This document shows, in pieces, positions 35,960 to 43,511 of a stretch of DNA of 43,511 bases. Source of the stretch: an uncultured Bacilli bacterium (GTDB lineage: Bacteria; Bacillota_I; Bacilli_A; RF39; UBA660); the NCBI GenBank assembly GCA_947598345.1, contig CANQFF010000001.1, positions 1-43,511 on the forward strand, in the 5' to 3' direction. Both the position numbers and the translations under genes were made by a program. Each line of letters begins with the position of its first letter. Position 1 is the first letter of the stretch. A model generated the notes under the pieces. It was not told the origin of the DNA. It saw only the letters and a program-made list of their open reading frames with translations, and did not search any database.

Positions 35960-36034
35960 AAATTCTCGATTTTCATATTTAATCCCCCTTATTTTGATTT
36001 TTATATAGTTTGAGTACTCCTATACACCAACATA

Positions 36035-36043
36035 ATTATAGCA
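36035..36043 (-). promoter_or_regulatory. Extended -10 promoter element upstream of recF
   Basis: The minus strand reads TGCTATAAT (TGn + TATAAT). No convincing -35. Confidence 0.4.
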
Positions 36044-36068
36044 CAAAAAAGGTATAAAAAAAAGAAAA

Positions 36069-36524
36069 TTAATCAATTTTTTCTAATTTTCTTTCATATA
36101 ATTTAGATTTCAACATAGTAGCTCTTATTATTTGATTTTCTAAAGAGTATAATGATATATCGACATCTAATAGTAAATCATTTTTAAATAAAACTCTACT
36201 TACCATATTATTTTTTGTATACTTTTTAATTTTATTTAATGCTATCCAAGTACTTTGTTGAGTTCTAGAAGATGTTGTAGGAAAAAAAATTATATTTCTA
36301 CTCTCTTCTATTATTATAGGATACTTTGACTTTATACCTGTTAAACTCTTAGTTCCAATACATCTACCTTGATATGAACTACCATAAAATTCACAATTCT
36401 TTTTTATAATACTATTAGAAGATTTTTTTACTATATAAGATGTTTCCTCTTCATATATTTTTGATGTAGAATCATCTATTGGTACTATAGCTAAAGTTGA
36501 TGAATTTATTTCATATTCTTCCAT
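36069..36524 (-). CDS. comK: ComK-family competence transcription factor-like protein
   Basis: YEINSSTLAIVP ... CEFYGSSYQGRCIGTKSLTGIKSKYPIII ... IIFFPTTSSRTQQSTWIAL follows the ComK family block order. Strong ribosome-binding site AAGGGGGA. Confidence 0.75.
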   Translation of the reverse strand: MEEYEINSSTLAIVPIDDSTSKIYEEETSYIVKKSSNSIIKKNCEFYGSSYQGRCIGTKSLTGIKSKYPIIIEESRNIIFFPTTSSRTQQSTWIALNKIKKYTKNNMVSRVLFKNDLLLDVDISLYSLENQIIRATMLKSKLYERKLEKID

Positions 36525-36629
36525 ATTATCCCCCTTTCTTGCTATCTCTTATACACCCATAATTTGTCGAAATTAATAGAATTTTGTCAAAAAACAAAAA
36601 AAAACTAATAAATAGTTTAATTATGCACA

Positions 36630-37751
36630 TTAATATGTTCTTATCGGTAAAATTAATTGTGTTAAATCATCGTTATCCACATAGTTAACAATTATTGGTT
36701 TAATTTCTCCGTTAAATGATAATTCTATTTCTTCACTATCGAATGTCTTAATAGCATCCATCATATATTTTGAACTAAAAGATATTTTTATTTCAATATC
36801 AACATTTTTTGTTATTTTAATTTTTTCCTCTACATTACCTATTTCAGGAATATTAGAAGATATAATCATAATATCTTTTTTTGTTTCTAATTTAATAGTA
36901 TTTTTTTCTTCAGAATTTGTTAATAAAGATGCCCTATCAATTGCATTATAGAAATTTTCTAAATTAACTTTAACCTTTAATTCAAAATTATCTGGTATTA
37001 ATTTATTAGTATCTGGATAATTACCATTTATAAGTCTTGTCATAATAATTAGATTATCTATTTTAAATATTACCTTATTTGAAAATATATGTAATTCCAT
37101 TTTTTTATCTTCATCTGATATTAATTTAATTATTTCACTTAAATTCCTACTTGGAATAATAATATCAATATTGTTATCAACATTATTATCTAATAGTATT
37201 CTTTTTTTAGATAATCTATATGAATCAGTAGCTGTTACTTCCATTATATTATCGTTTATTTTAAAATTAATACCTGTTAAAACTGGTCTACTTTCTTGTT
37301 GAGATGTTGCAAAAATAGTTTGATTTATTGTAGTTTTAAAAACTCTTTGATCAAATATTAGTGGATTACCAGTAAATTCTAAATCAATTGCTGGAAAATC
37401 ACTAACACTATTACAATTTAATTTAAAAGATGATGATTCAGTTGTTATAAGAACTTGTGAATCAATTATTTCTTCTATATTAATAACTTCATTTGTTAAT
37501 TTTCTAACTATATCATATATATATCTTCCAGAAATTACAATCTCACCTAATTCATCTATAGAATCTATTTGATTTTCTGGAATAAAAGATTTTATAGCTA
37601 ATTCATTATCTGTACTTAATAAATATAATCCCTCTTTTGTTAATTCAAATTTTATACAATTTAAAATAGGGATTAAATTCTTTGTTGATATACCTCTTAT
37701 TACAAAATTTAAATGTTCTAATAAAACTTTTTGCTTTATTGTTAATTTCAT
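36630..37751 (-). CDS. dnaN: DNA polymerase III beta sliding clamp
   Basis: 373 aa, three-domain clamp. MKLTIKQKVLLEHLNFVIRGIS... dnaA-dnaN synteny. Confidence 0.96.
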   Translation of the reverse strand: MKLTIKQKVLLEHLNFVIRGISTKNLIPILNCIKFELTKEGLYLLSTDNELAIKSFIPENQIDSIDELGEIVISGRYIYDIVRKLTNEVINIEEIIDSQVLITTESSSFKLNCNSVSDFPAIDLEFTGNPLIFDQRVFKTTINQTIFATSQQESRPVLTGINFKINDNIMEVTATDSYRLSKKRILLDNNVDNNIDIIIPSRNLSEIIKLISDEDKKMELHIFSNKVIFKIDNLIIMTRLINGNYPDTNKLIPDNFELKVKVNLENFYNAIDRASLLTNSEEKNTIKLETKKDIMIISSNIPEIGNVEEKIKITKNVDIEIKISFSSKYMMDAIKTFDSEEIELSFNGEIKPIIVNYVDNDDLTQLILPIRTY

Positions 37752-37880
37752 ATTATACCTTCTTTCTTAATTATTATTATTTTTATTAGTGTTCATAATG
37801 TTCATAACCCTATTTTATTCTTTTAAATAAACGATTAATTATATGTGCATAAAAAGTTTATATTTAATTTTTATACACAC
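37752..37880. other. oriC part 2 (dnaA-dnaN spacer): DnaA boxes plus an AT-rich unwinding candidate
   Basis: Box-like 9-mers: TGTTCATAA at 37790-37798 and 37799-37807 (tandem), TGTGCATAA at 37844-37852, TTATACACA at 37871-37879. The adjacent run at 37769-37789 reads TAA TAA AAA TAA TAA TAA on the minus strand. Confidence 0.65.
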
Positions 37881-39233
37881 TTATCTAATTTCATTAATCA
37901 TTTTTTGTATTTCATTGTTTAAAATATCATCATTTAGTATCATTTTTTTTATTTTATTAACTGCGTTCATAACTGTTGTATGATTTTTTCCACCAAAAGC
38001 TATTCCTATTTTAGTTAAATTTTCATCTAAATAAGTTCTACAAATATACATAGCAATCATTCTTGGTATTACAACATCATTATTTCTTTTTTTACTAAGT
38101 AATTCATCTTGTGTTAAGTTATAGTGATCACACACAATTTGAAGCACTTGATCGATTTTATTTTTAGAAATAACAGTTTTAACAAAATAATCCTTAAGAG
38201 CTTCAATTGCAAGGTCTAGTGTTATTTCACTACCATTCATCATAGTAGCATAAGCAAATACCCTATTTAATGATCCTTCTAGTTTTCTAACATCCCCAAC
38301 ACAATTTCCAGCAATATACTCTTTAACATTTTCTGGAACGACATTCATAAGTTCATTATTTTCTATTTTCTTATTTAATATTGACATTCTTAATTTAAAA
38401 TCAGGTGGTAAAATATTTACTTGTAAGCCCCAATTAAACCTTGTTTTTAAACGCTCTTCTAATTTTTTTATGTCATCTGGTGATCTATCAGATGATATTA
38501 TTATTTGCTTTTCATTATTATATAGTTCATTAAAAGTATTAAAAAATTCTTGTTGCGCACTTACCGCACCTACTAAATTGTGTATATCATCTATTATTAA
38601 TACATCTATATCTCTATATTTATTTTTAAATTGTTTGATGGCATCCATATTGTTTGAATTAGTATTTTTTCTACATATATCAACAAAATCAGATACAAAA
38701 TTATCGCAAGTAATATATAAAACCTTCTTATTACTATTTTTAACAATATAATTTCCAATAGAATACATTAAATGAGTTTTTCCTAGTCCACTTGATCCAT
38801 ATATGAATAAAGGATTGTACATTTTACCTGGTTGTTCTGCAACCGCAAGCGCACTAGTAGCTGCAAATTTATTACTTGGACCAATCATAAAATTTTCAAA
38901 TGTATATTTAGGATCTAGATTAGTCTCAAATGTTTCATTATTAGGCACACCAATAATTTGATTATTATCATTCAGGTTATTATCAACCTCTTCTTCAATA
39001 ACATAATTAAATTTAAAATTAGAACCAGTTATATCAGTAAAGATTTCTTCAATAATATCACTATAGTTTTCACTTAAATTCTTTTTATGTATGTGATAAG
39101 GTACAAGGACAGTAGCTGTATTATTTTTTAAACTAATAAGTTTTGTTTCAGAAAACCAAGTTTCAAAAGCAATATCAGATATTTGATCTTTAATTCTATC
39201 AAGAAAAGAATTCCAGATGTTATTTAAATCCAT
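37881..39233 (-). CDS. dnaA: Chromosomal replication initiator protein DnaA
   Basis: 450 aa. AAA+ Walker A GSSGLGKTHL, and a C-terminal DNA-binding block GGKNHTTVMNAVNKI. Confidence 0.97.
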   Translation of the reverse strand: MDLNNIWNSFLDRIKDQISDIAFETWFSETKLISLKNNTATVLVPYHIHKKNLSENYSDIIEEIFTDITGSNFKFNYVIEEEVDNNLNDNNQIIGVPNNETFETNLDPKYTFENFMIGPSNKFAATSALAVAEQPGKMYNPLFIYGSSGLGKTHLMYSIGNYIVKNSNKKVLYITCDNFVSDFVDICRKNTNSNNMDAIKQFKNKYRDIDVLIIDDIHNLVGAVSAQQEFFNTFNELYNNEKQIIISSDRSPDDIKKLEERLKTRFNWGLQVNILPPDFKLRMSILNKKIENNELMNVVPENVKEYIAGNCVGDVRKLEGSLNRVFAYATMMNGSEITLDLAIEALKDYFVKTVISKNKIDQVLQIVCDHYNLTQDELLSKKRNNDVVIPRMIAMYICRTYLDENLTKIGIAFGGKNHTTVMNAVNKIKKMILNDDILNNEIQKMINEIR

Positions 39234-39652
39234 AACTCTACCTCCTTAAAACTTATACACATATATTTTACAATATTTTTTATCTAAAAACAACAAAAAT
39301 AAGTGCATAAAACATAAAAAATCTACATTTTTTGATATGTGCACAAATTAAAATATAAAAAGCTATATATATGTGTATATTTTTTTGTTATGAACAAATT
39401 TTATAAACTAAAGAAAACTAAATAAAATAAGCTAAAAAGAAAGTTATGAACATTTTTGTTCATAAATATTTAACTAAAAAGATGTAAACAAAATTAATAT
39501 TTTGTGCATAAGTGTATTATTTTGTTCATAAATTTTATCAACAATAAAGTTATCAACAAAAATGTTCATAAATGTATTTTTATAAATATTTCCCGGGAAA
39601 TAAAATTTAATCATCTTATTTTATTATTAAATAAACAATAGAATAAAAATAG
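39234..39652. other. oriC part 1 (dnaA-rpmH spacer): cluster of DnaA boxes
   Basis: TTATNNACA-type 9-mers or their complements at 39253, 39338, 39388, 39444, 39457, 39503, 39523, 39535, 39550 and 39563 (start positions). This includes the inverted pair TTATGAACA-TTTT-TGTTCATAA at 39444-39465. Confidence 0.8.
39587..39602. other. Perfect Noc-binding-site (NBS) palindrome at the edge of oriC
   Basis: TATTTCCCGGGAAATA contains the B. subtilis NBS consensus ATTTCCCGGGAAAT exactly. Confidence 0.6.
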
Positions 39653-39681
39653 TTGACAAACGAAGAAAAAATCTATATAAT
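39653..39681 (+). promoter_or_regulatory. Perfect consensus sigma-A promoter of rpmH
   Basis: TTGACA (39653-39658), exactly 17 nt, TATAAT (39676-39681). Confidence 0.75.
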
Positions 39682-39721
39682 TTATAAAGCAAGCGGAAAA
39701 TATAACGATGGAGGTGTAGCA

Positions 39722-39844
39722 ATGAAAAGAACATATCAACCAAATAATCATAGAAAAAGTAAGAAATTAGGATTCATGGCTCGTATGAAAACTAAAATAA
39801 TAAATAATAGAAGAAGAAAAGGGCGTAAAGTTTTATCTCATTAA
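39722..39844 (+). CDS. rpmH: 50S ribosomal protein L34 (short, 40 aa)
   Basis: [36 protein letters not shown]. The ATG at 39722 lies behind GGAGGTG; the ORF-track start at 39653 is the -35 box. Confidence 0.93.
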   Translation: MKRTYQPNNHRKSKKLGFMARMKTKIINNRRRKGRKVLSH

Positions 39845-39848
39845 TATA

Positions 39849-39873
39849 CCACTGATTCGTCAGTGGTTTTATT
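39849..39873 (+). terminator. Hairpin with UUCG loop and T-run between rpmH and rnpA (partial terminator?)
   Basis: CCACTGA-TTCG-TCAGTGG followed by TTTTATT. Confidence 0.55.
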
Positions 39874-39888
39874 ATAAGGAGGCTAAGT

Positions 39889-40239
39889 ATGAAAAAAATT
39901 CATATATTAAAAAATAGTCGAGATTTTGATAGAATAATCAAGAGTAATAAACCATATAAATATAAAGATTATATAATATATTTGGAAAGAAATACCAATG
40001 ATTTATATAAATTTGGATTATCAGTAGGTAAAAAATTAGGAAATGCGGTTAATAGAAACAAAATTAAAAGGCAATTAAAATCTATAATTGATAAAAAAGA
40101 CTATCAAAATAACTTCAATTGTATTATAATAGTTGGTAAGGGAATTAATGAAAAAAAATTTAAAGAAAGAGAAGATAATTTATTATTCGCATTAAATCAA
40201 CTTGAATTAATAAAGGAGAATAGAAATGAACAAAAATAA
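39889..40239 (+). CDS. rnpA: Ribonuclease P protein component
   Basis: 116 aa, basic. The LKNSRDFDRI start and KAVNRNKIKRQLK block are RnpA-like. rpmH-rnpA synteny. Confidence 0.92.
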   Translation: MKKIHILKNSRDFDRIIKSNKPYKYKDYIIYLERNTNDLYKFGLSVGKKLGNAVNRNKIKRQLKSIIDKKDYQNNFNCIIIVGKGINEKKFKEREDNLLFALNQLELIKENRNEQK

Positions 40240-41221
40240 GAAAATAATAGTTTTAATAATAATGTTAGTTTTTTTAATGACTGGTTGTACAAAACAGTTA
40301 AAGGATGCAGATGGTAAGGTTGTTCAAGATAAGAAGACTAAACAAGTCTTAATTGAAAATGTATTGTGCAAACCAGATGCCCTAAAAGATTCATACGAAA
40401 AAGCTTTAGAACAAAAAAAATTAGATTACGATAAAATGTATGAAGAAGGGGACATATCAAAAAAAGAATACAATAAAAAAGTAAAGAGTATTTTAGATAT
40501 AGATAAATTACCAGAATGTACAAAAATATCAGTAGTAGAAGGTGGTTACGAAACTTTTTGGACAAGTGTATTTGTAAAACCACTAGCTTGGGTAATTGTA
40601 AATGTAGGTAAGCTTTTAAAAAATAGTTATGGTCTTGCTATTATATTAGTAACACTTTTAATAAAGATAGTATTATTACCATTTACAATTAAAACACTAA
40701 AACAATCAGAAAATATTCAAAAGGCACAACCACAGTTAAAAAAGATAGAAAAGAAATATGCTAATTTAAATGATCAACAATCAATGATGATGAAATCAAA
40801 TGAAATGATGGCTGTATATAAAAAATATAAAATAAATCCAATGTCAGGTTGTTTAATTAGTTTTATTCAAATACCATTATTCTTTGCTTTTTATGAAGCA
40901 CTATATAGATTACCAATTTTATTTGAAAATAAATTTTTAGGACTTCATATGGGAATGACACCATTAGCTGCAGCAGGAGCAGGTGAGTGGTATTACTTAA
41001 TACTACCTATATTAGTTGGATTAGTAACTTATTTCTCATTTAAAATGAATAAAAATTCTTTATCAGGCGACCAAGAAAAACAGATGAATATGATGTTTAA
41101 TATAATGATAATAATGATTTTTATAACATCATTTAGTATGTCAACTGCAATAATTATATATTGGGTAACAAATAGTTTATTCACTATAATACAAAATTTA
41201 TTATTTAAAAGGAGTAAGTAG
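40226..41221 (+). CDS. yidC: Membrane protein insertase YidC/SpoIIIJ (lipoprotein type)
   Basis: Lipobox LMTG|C. The YidC/Oxa1 core includes KLQPQ-like QPQLKKIEKKY and NPMSGCL. Overlaps rnpA by 14 nt. Confidence 0.93.
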   Translation: MNKNKKIIVLIIMLVFLMTGCTKQLKDADGKVVQDKKTKQVLIENVLCKPDALKDSYEKALEQKKLDYDKMYEEGDISKKEYNKKVKSILDIDKLPECTKISVVEGGYETFWTSVFVKPLAWVIVNVGKLLKNSYGLAIILVTLLIKIVLLPFTIKTLKQSENIQKAQPQLKKIEKKYANLNDQQSMMMKSNEMMAVYKKYKINPMSGCLISFIQIPLFFAFYEALYRLPILFENKFLGLHMGMTPLAAAGAGEWYYLILPILVGLVTYFSFKMNKNSLSGDQEKQMNMMFNIMIIMIFITSFSMSTAIIIYWVTNSLFTIIQNLLFKRSK

Positions 41222-41222
41222 T

Positions 41223-41819
41223 ATGATAGAAGTTTATAAGTTTGAAAGTGATACAGAAGAAAATTGTAGATTAAAATGTTTAGATGAGTTGGATGTATAT
41301 AATAATGAAATATTGACAAAAGAATATGAAGAACAAAATAAATACAACATGGAAGTAATAAAAAAAGAAGATGTAAAAAACTTTATAAGAGATTTCTTAA
41401 CAAAATTAACTGATGCGATGGGTATAAGTTTAAAATTAGAAATAAATGAAGAAGACGATGTATTCAATGTTAAAATGTTCTCAGATAATAATCCTATATT
41501 AATAGGTAAAGATGGTAGAACATTAACATCTCTTCAGATTTTAATTAGACAAATTTTAAGTAATAGAACAAAATTTAATATAAAAATAAATTTAGATGCT
41601 TCTAATTATAAAGTAAAAAAAGAAAGATTTTTTGAAAAAGATATTAAAAATATAATAAATGAAGTAATGAAAACAAAAGACGAAGTTAAATTAGATCCAA
41701 TGAACTCTTATAAAAGAAGAATAGTACACGAAATTGCAAGTGAATATTATAATATTGAAACTGAAAGTTTCGGTGAAGAGCCTAATAGATATGTAGTTAT
41801 AAGATATGTAGAGAAATAG
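41223..41819 (+). CDS. jag: Jag/KhpB RNA-binding protein (KH + R3H)
   Basis: KH block IGKDGRTLTSLQILIRQ and R3H block YKRRIVHEIA. yidC-jag synteny. Confidence 0.9.
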   Translation: MIEVYKFESDTEENCRLKCLDELDVYNNEILTKEYEEQNKYNMEVIKKEDVKNFIRDFLTKLTDAMGISLKLEINEEDDVFNVKMFSDNNPILIGKDGRTLTSLQILIRQILSNRTKFNIKINLDASNYKVKKERFFEKDIKNIINEVMKTKDEVKLDPMNSYKRRIVHEIASEYYNIETESFGEEPNRYVVIRYVEK

Positions 41820-41832
41820 TCTCTACTTTTTT
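41808..41832 (+). terminator. Rho-independent terminator after jag
   Basis: GTAGAGA-AATAG-TCTCTAC followed by TTTTTT. The stop codon lies in the loop. Confidence 0.7.
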
Positions 41833-41862
41833 ATTTATGAGGTATATTTTTTATTTTTTTTC

Positions 41863-41871
41863 TGATATAAT
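41863..41871 (+). promoter_or_regulatory. Extended -10 promoter element upstream of mnmE
   Basis: TGATATAAT, 19 nt before the ATG at 41890. Confidence 0.4.
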
Positions 41872-41889
41872 AACTGCGTTGGTGATAAT

Positions 41890-43239
41890 ATGAATGATAC
41901 AATAGCTGCAATTTCAACTACTCTTGGTGTAGGCGCCATATCTATAATTAGAGTAAGTGGTAATGATGCAATTAAAATAGTAAGTAAAATATTTAAAGGT
42001 AAAGATTTAGAAAAAGTAAAGTCTCATACCATTAATTATGGATATATTGTAGATAACGATACTTATATAGATGAGGTATTAGTAAGTGTTATGAGAGCCC
42101 CTAAAACATTTACGGTAGAAGATGTAGTAGAAATAAATACACACGGGGGTATTGCAATTACAAATAAAGTATTAGAATTATTACTTTTAAATGGATGTAG
42201 GTTAGCAGAACCTGGTGAGTTTACTAAAAGAGCATTTTTAAATGGTAGAATAGATCTAATAGAGGCAGAAGGGGTTATGGATTTAATAAATGCTAAAACA
42301 GAAAAGTCTAGGAAAATTGCAATGAATGAAGTAAACGGCGAAGTATCTAAACTTATTAAAGATTTAAGAGAAAAAATAATAGAAATACTTGCTAATATAG
42401 AAGTTAATATAGATTACCCAGAATATGAAGATATAGAAGAGGTAACTAATAAAAATATTTTAGATAGTGTAGATTTAATAGAAGATGAAATAAATAATAT
42501 TTTAAGTAAATCAGAAGATATGAAAATAGTAAAAGAAGGTATTAAAACTATTATAATAGGTAGTCCTAATGTAGGTAAAAGTAGTATATTAAATAGATTA
42601 CTTAATGAAGAAAAAGCAATAGTAACTGATATAGCAGGAACTACCCGTGATATAGTTGAAGGTAGTGTTCAAATAGATGGAATAATACTTAATATATTAG
42701 ATACTGCAGGTATTAGAAAAACTAGCGATATAGTAGAAAGTATAGGTGTTAAAAAAAGCTTGGATTTAATAGATGAAGCAGACTTAATACTTTATGTACT
42801 TAATAATAATGAAAATATAACAGAAGAAGAACAAGAAATACTTGATAAAATAAAAAATAAAAATCATATAATTATTGTAAACAAAATAGACTTAGATAAA
42901 AAAATAGATTTAAAGTTACTTGATAATTATGTAGAGATGTCTATTAAAGATGATATAGGTGTAGATAATTTAAGAAATAAAATAAAAGAGATGTTTAATT
43001 TAGAAAAAATTAATACAAGTGATTTTACTTATCTTAGTAGTGCGAGAAGCATTTCTCTTTTAAAAAAATGTTTGAATTCACTTGAAGATGTAAAAAAAGG
43101 CATAAATGAAAATATGCCAGTTGATATGGTAGAAATAGATTTAAAAAATGTATGGAATACTTTAGGTGAGATAATAGGAGAAACTTATACAGATGAACTT
43201 ATAGACCAATTGTTTAGTCAGTTTTGTTTAGGAAAATAA
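41890..43239 (+). CDS. mnmE: tRNA modification GTPase MnmE
   Basis: N-terminus DTIAAISTTLGVGAISIIRVSG. G-domain motifs GSPNVGKSS, DTAGIR and NKIDL. C-terminal CLGK. Confidence 0.96.
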   Translation: MNDTIAAISTTLGVGAISIIRVSGNDAIKIVSKIFKGKDLEKVKSHTINYGYIVDNDTYIDEVLVSVMRAPKTFTVEDVVEINTHGGIAITNKVLELLLLNGCRLAEPGEFTKRAFLNGRIDLIEAEGVMDLINAKTEKSRKIAMNEVNGEVSKLIKDLREKIIEILANIEVNIDYPEYEDIEEVTNKNILDSVDLIEDEINNILSKSEDMKIVKEGIKTIIIGSPNVGKSSILNRLLNEEKAIVTDIAGTTRDIVEGSVQIDGIILNILDTAGIRKTSDIVESIGVKKSLDLIDEADLILYVLNNNENITEEEQEILDKIKNKNHIIIVNKIDLDKKIDLKLLDNYVEMSIKDDIGVDNLRNKIKEMFNLEKINTSDFTYLSSARSISLLKKCLNSLEDVKKGINENMPVDMVEIDLKNVWNTLGEIIGETYTDELIDQLFSQFCLGK

Positions 43240-43264
43240 TATACCAATTGTATATTATTTTTTG
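43235..43264 (+). terminator. Rho-independent terminator after mnmE
   Basis: AATAATATAC-CAATT-GTATATTATT followed by a T-run. Overlaps the stop codon. Confidence 0.6.
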
Positions 43265-43454
43265 AATAAATTCCTTTGTTAATCAAAACTGTATAAAATA
43301 AAGAAATAAAGAAAAGCAAAAAAAAGTGAACGCACCGAAAAATAAGAGAATTCGTTTGCTTTTTTATTTATTTTGTTAAAAATTAAAATTTTTCGCACTA
43401 AATGACTAAAACCCTTATAAAATAAGGGTTTTAATGGACTTATCACCAAAAAAA

Positions 43455-43463
43455 TGTTATAAT
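43455..43463 (+). promoter_or_regulatory. Extended -10 promoter element for the next plus-strand gene
   Basis: TGTTATAAT, followed by GAGGTGA (43490-43496) and an ATG at 43505. Confidence 0.45.
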
Positions 43464-43504
43464 ATAGTTGAAATAAAAAATAAAATAACGAGGTGATGTA
43501 TCCA

Positions 43505-43511
43505 ATGAAAA
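43505..43511 (+). CDS. First codons of the next gene (by Bacillus-type synteny possibly mnmG; not verifiable here)
   Basis: ATG 8 nt after a GAGGTGA ribosome-binding site. Only MK is visible before the window ends. Confidence 0.3.

Noticed and set aside
39653-39721. N-terminal 23-aa extension of the rpmH ORF in the ORF track. Comparable extensions occur at 520-531, 2243-2251, 8429-8485, 26281-26304 and 26589-26597.
   Set aside because: The extensions begin inside promoter or ribosome-binding-site sequence, or at TTG/GTG codons. Internal ATGs with properly spaced Shine-Dalgarno motifs give the canonical family N-termini.
40338-41467. Minus-strand ORFs 40338-40583, 41029-41319 and 41234-41467 opposite yidC/jag.
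   Set aside because: They are antisense to conserved plus-strand genes, show no signals, and have a composition typical of the reverse frame.
1-43511. Mollicutes-type genetic code 4 (TGA = Trp), considered because of the extreme AT content and compact gene order.
   Set aside because: All long conserved genes are intact under the standard code, and Trp positions such as WWIR in the sigma factor and the DnaA and GyrB tryptophans are encoded by TGG. TGA also terminates ORFs at sensible positions, for example at 7420-7422 and 13126-13128.

Overview
Origin-of-replication neighbourhood of a very AT-rich, low-GC Gram-positive (Bacillota-like) chromosome. It reads cleanly with the standard code: TGG encodes Trp and TGA acts as a stop. 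Gene orientation flips at about 39.2-39.7 kb.

Left of that point the housekeeping genes are on the minus strand: the S10 ribosomal operon (rpsJ through rpsQ, plus the first codons of rplN), rpsF-ssb-rpsR, mfd, pth, rsmI, ricT, holB, recR, ybaB, dnaX, tadA, gyrA, gyrB, recF, dnaN and dnaA. To the right, rpmH-rnpA-yidC-jag-mnmE are on the plus strand. Together they bracket a DnaA-box-rich bipartite oriC. The order is a strongly compacted version of the Bacillus subtilis origin region.

Non-core content:
1. A six-gene TasA/SipW-type secreted-fibre locus at 10.6-17.7 kb. It has three paralogous small subunits, a signal peptidase fused to an 8-TM domain, a 2-TM protein, and an 824-aa adhesin-like protein with an internal dockerin.
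2. A 0.7-kb non-coding island between tadA and gyrA. It carries seven parS sites inside extended palindromes, two Noc-binding-site-like palindromes and a small SRP RNA gene. A third, perfect Noc-site palindrome lies in oriC.
3. A monocistronic 566-aa type IV pilin-like gene and a divergent sigma-70 gene.
4. A ComK-family gene in the dnaN-recF slot.
5. A membrane-anchored HExxH protein between pth and mfd.

I saw no transposase, integrase, CRISPR, rRNA or tRNA genes. All calls come from reading the sequence and ORF translations; no database search was run.
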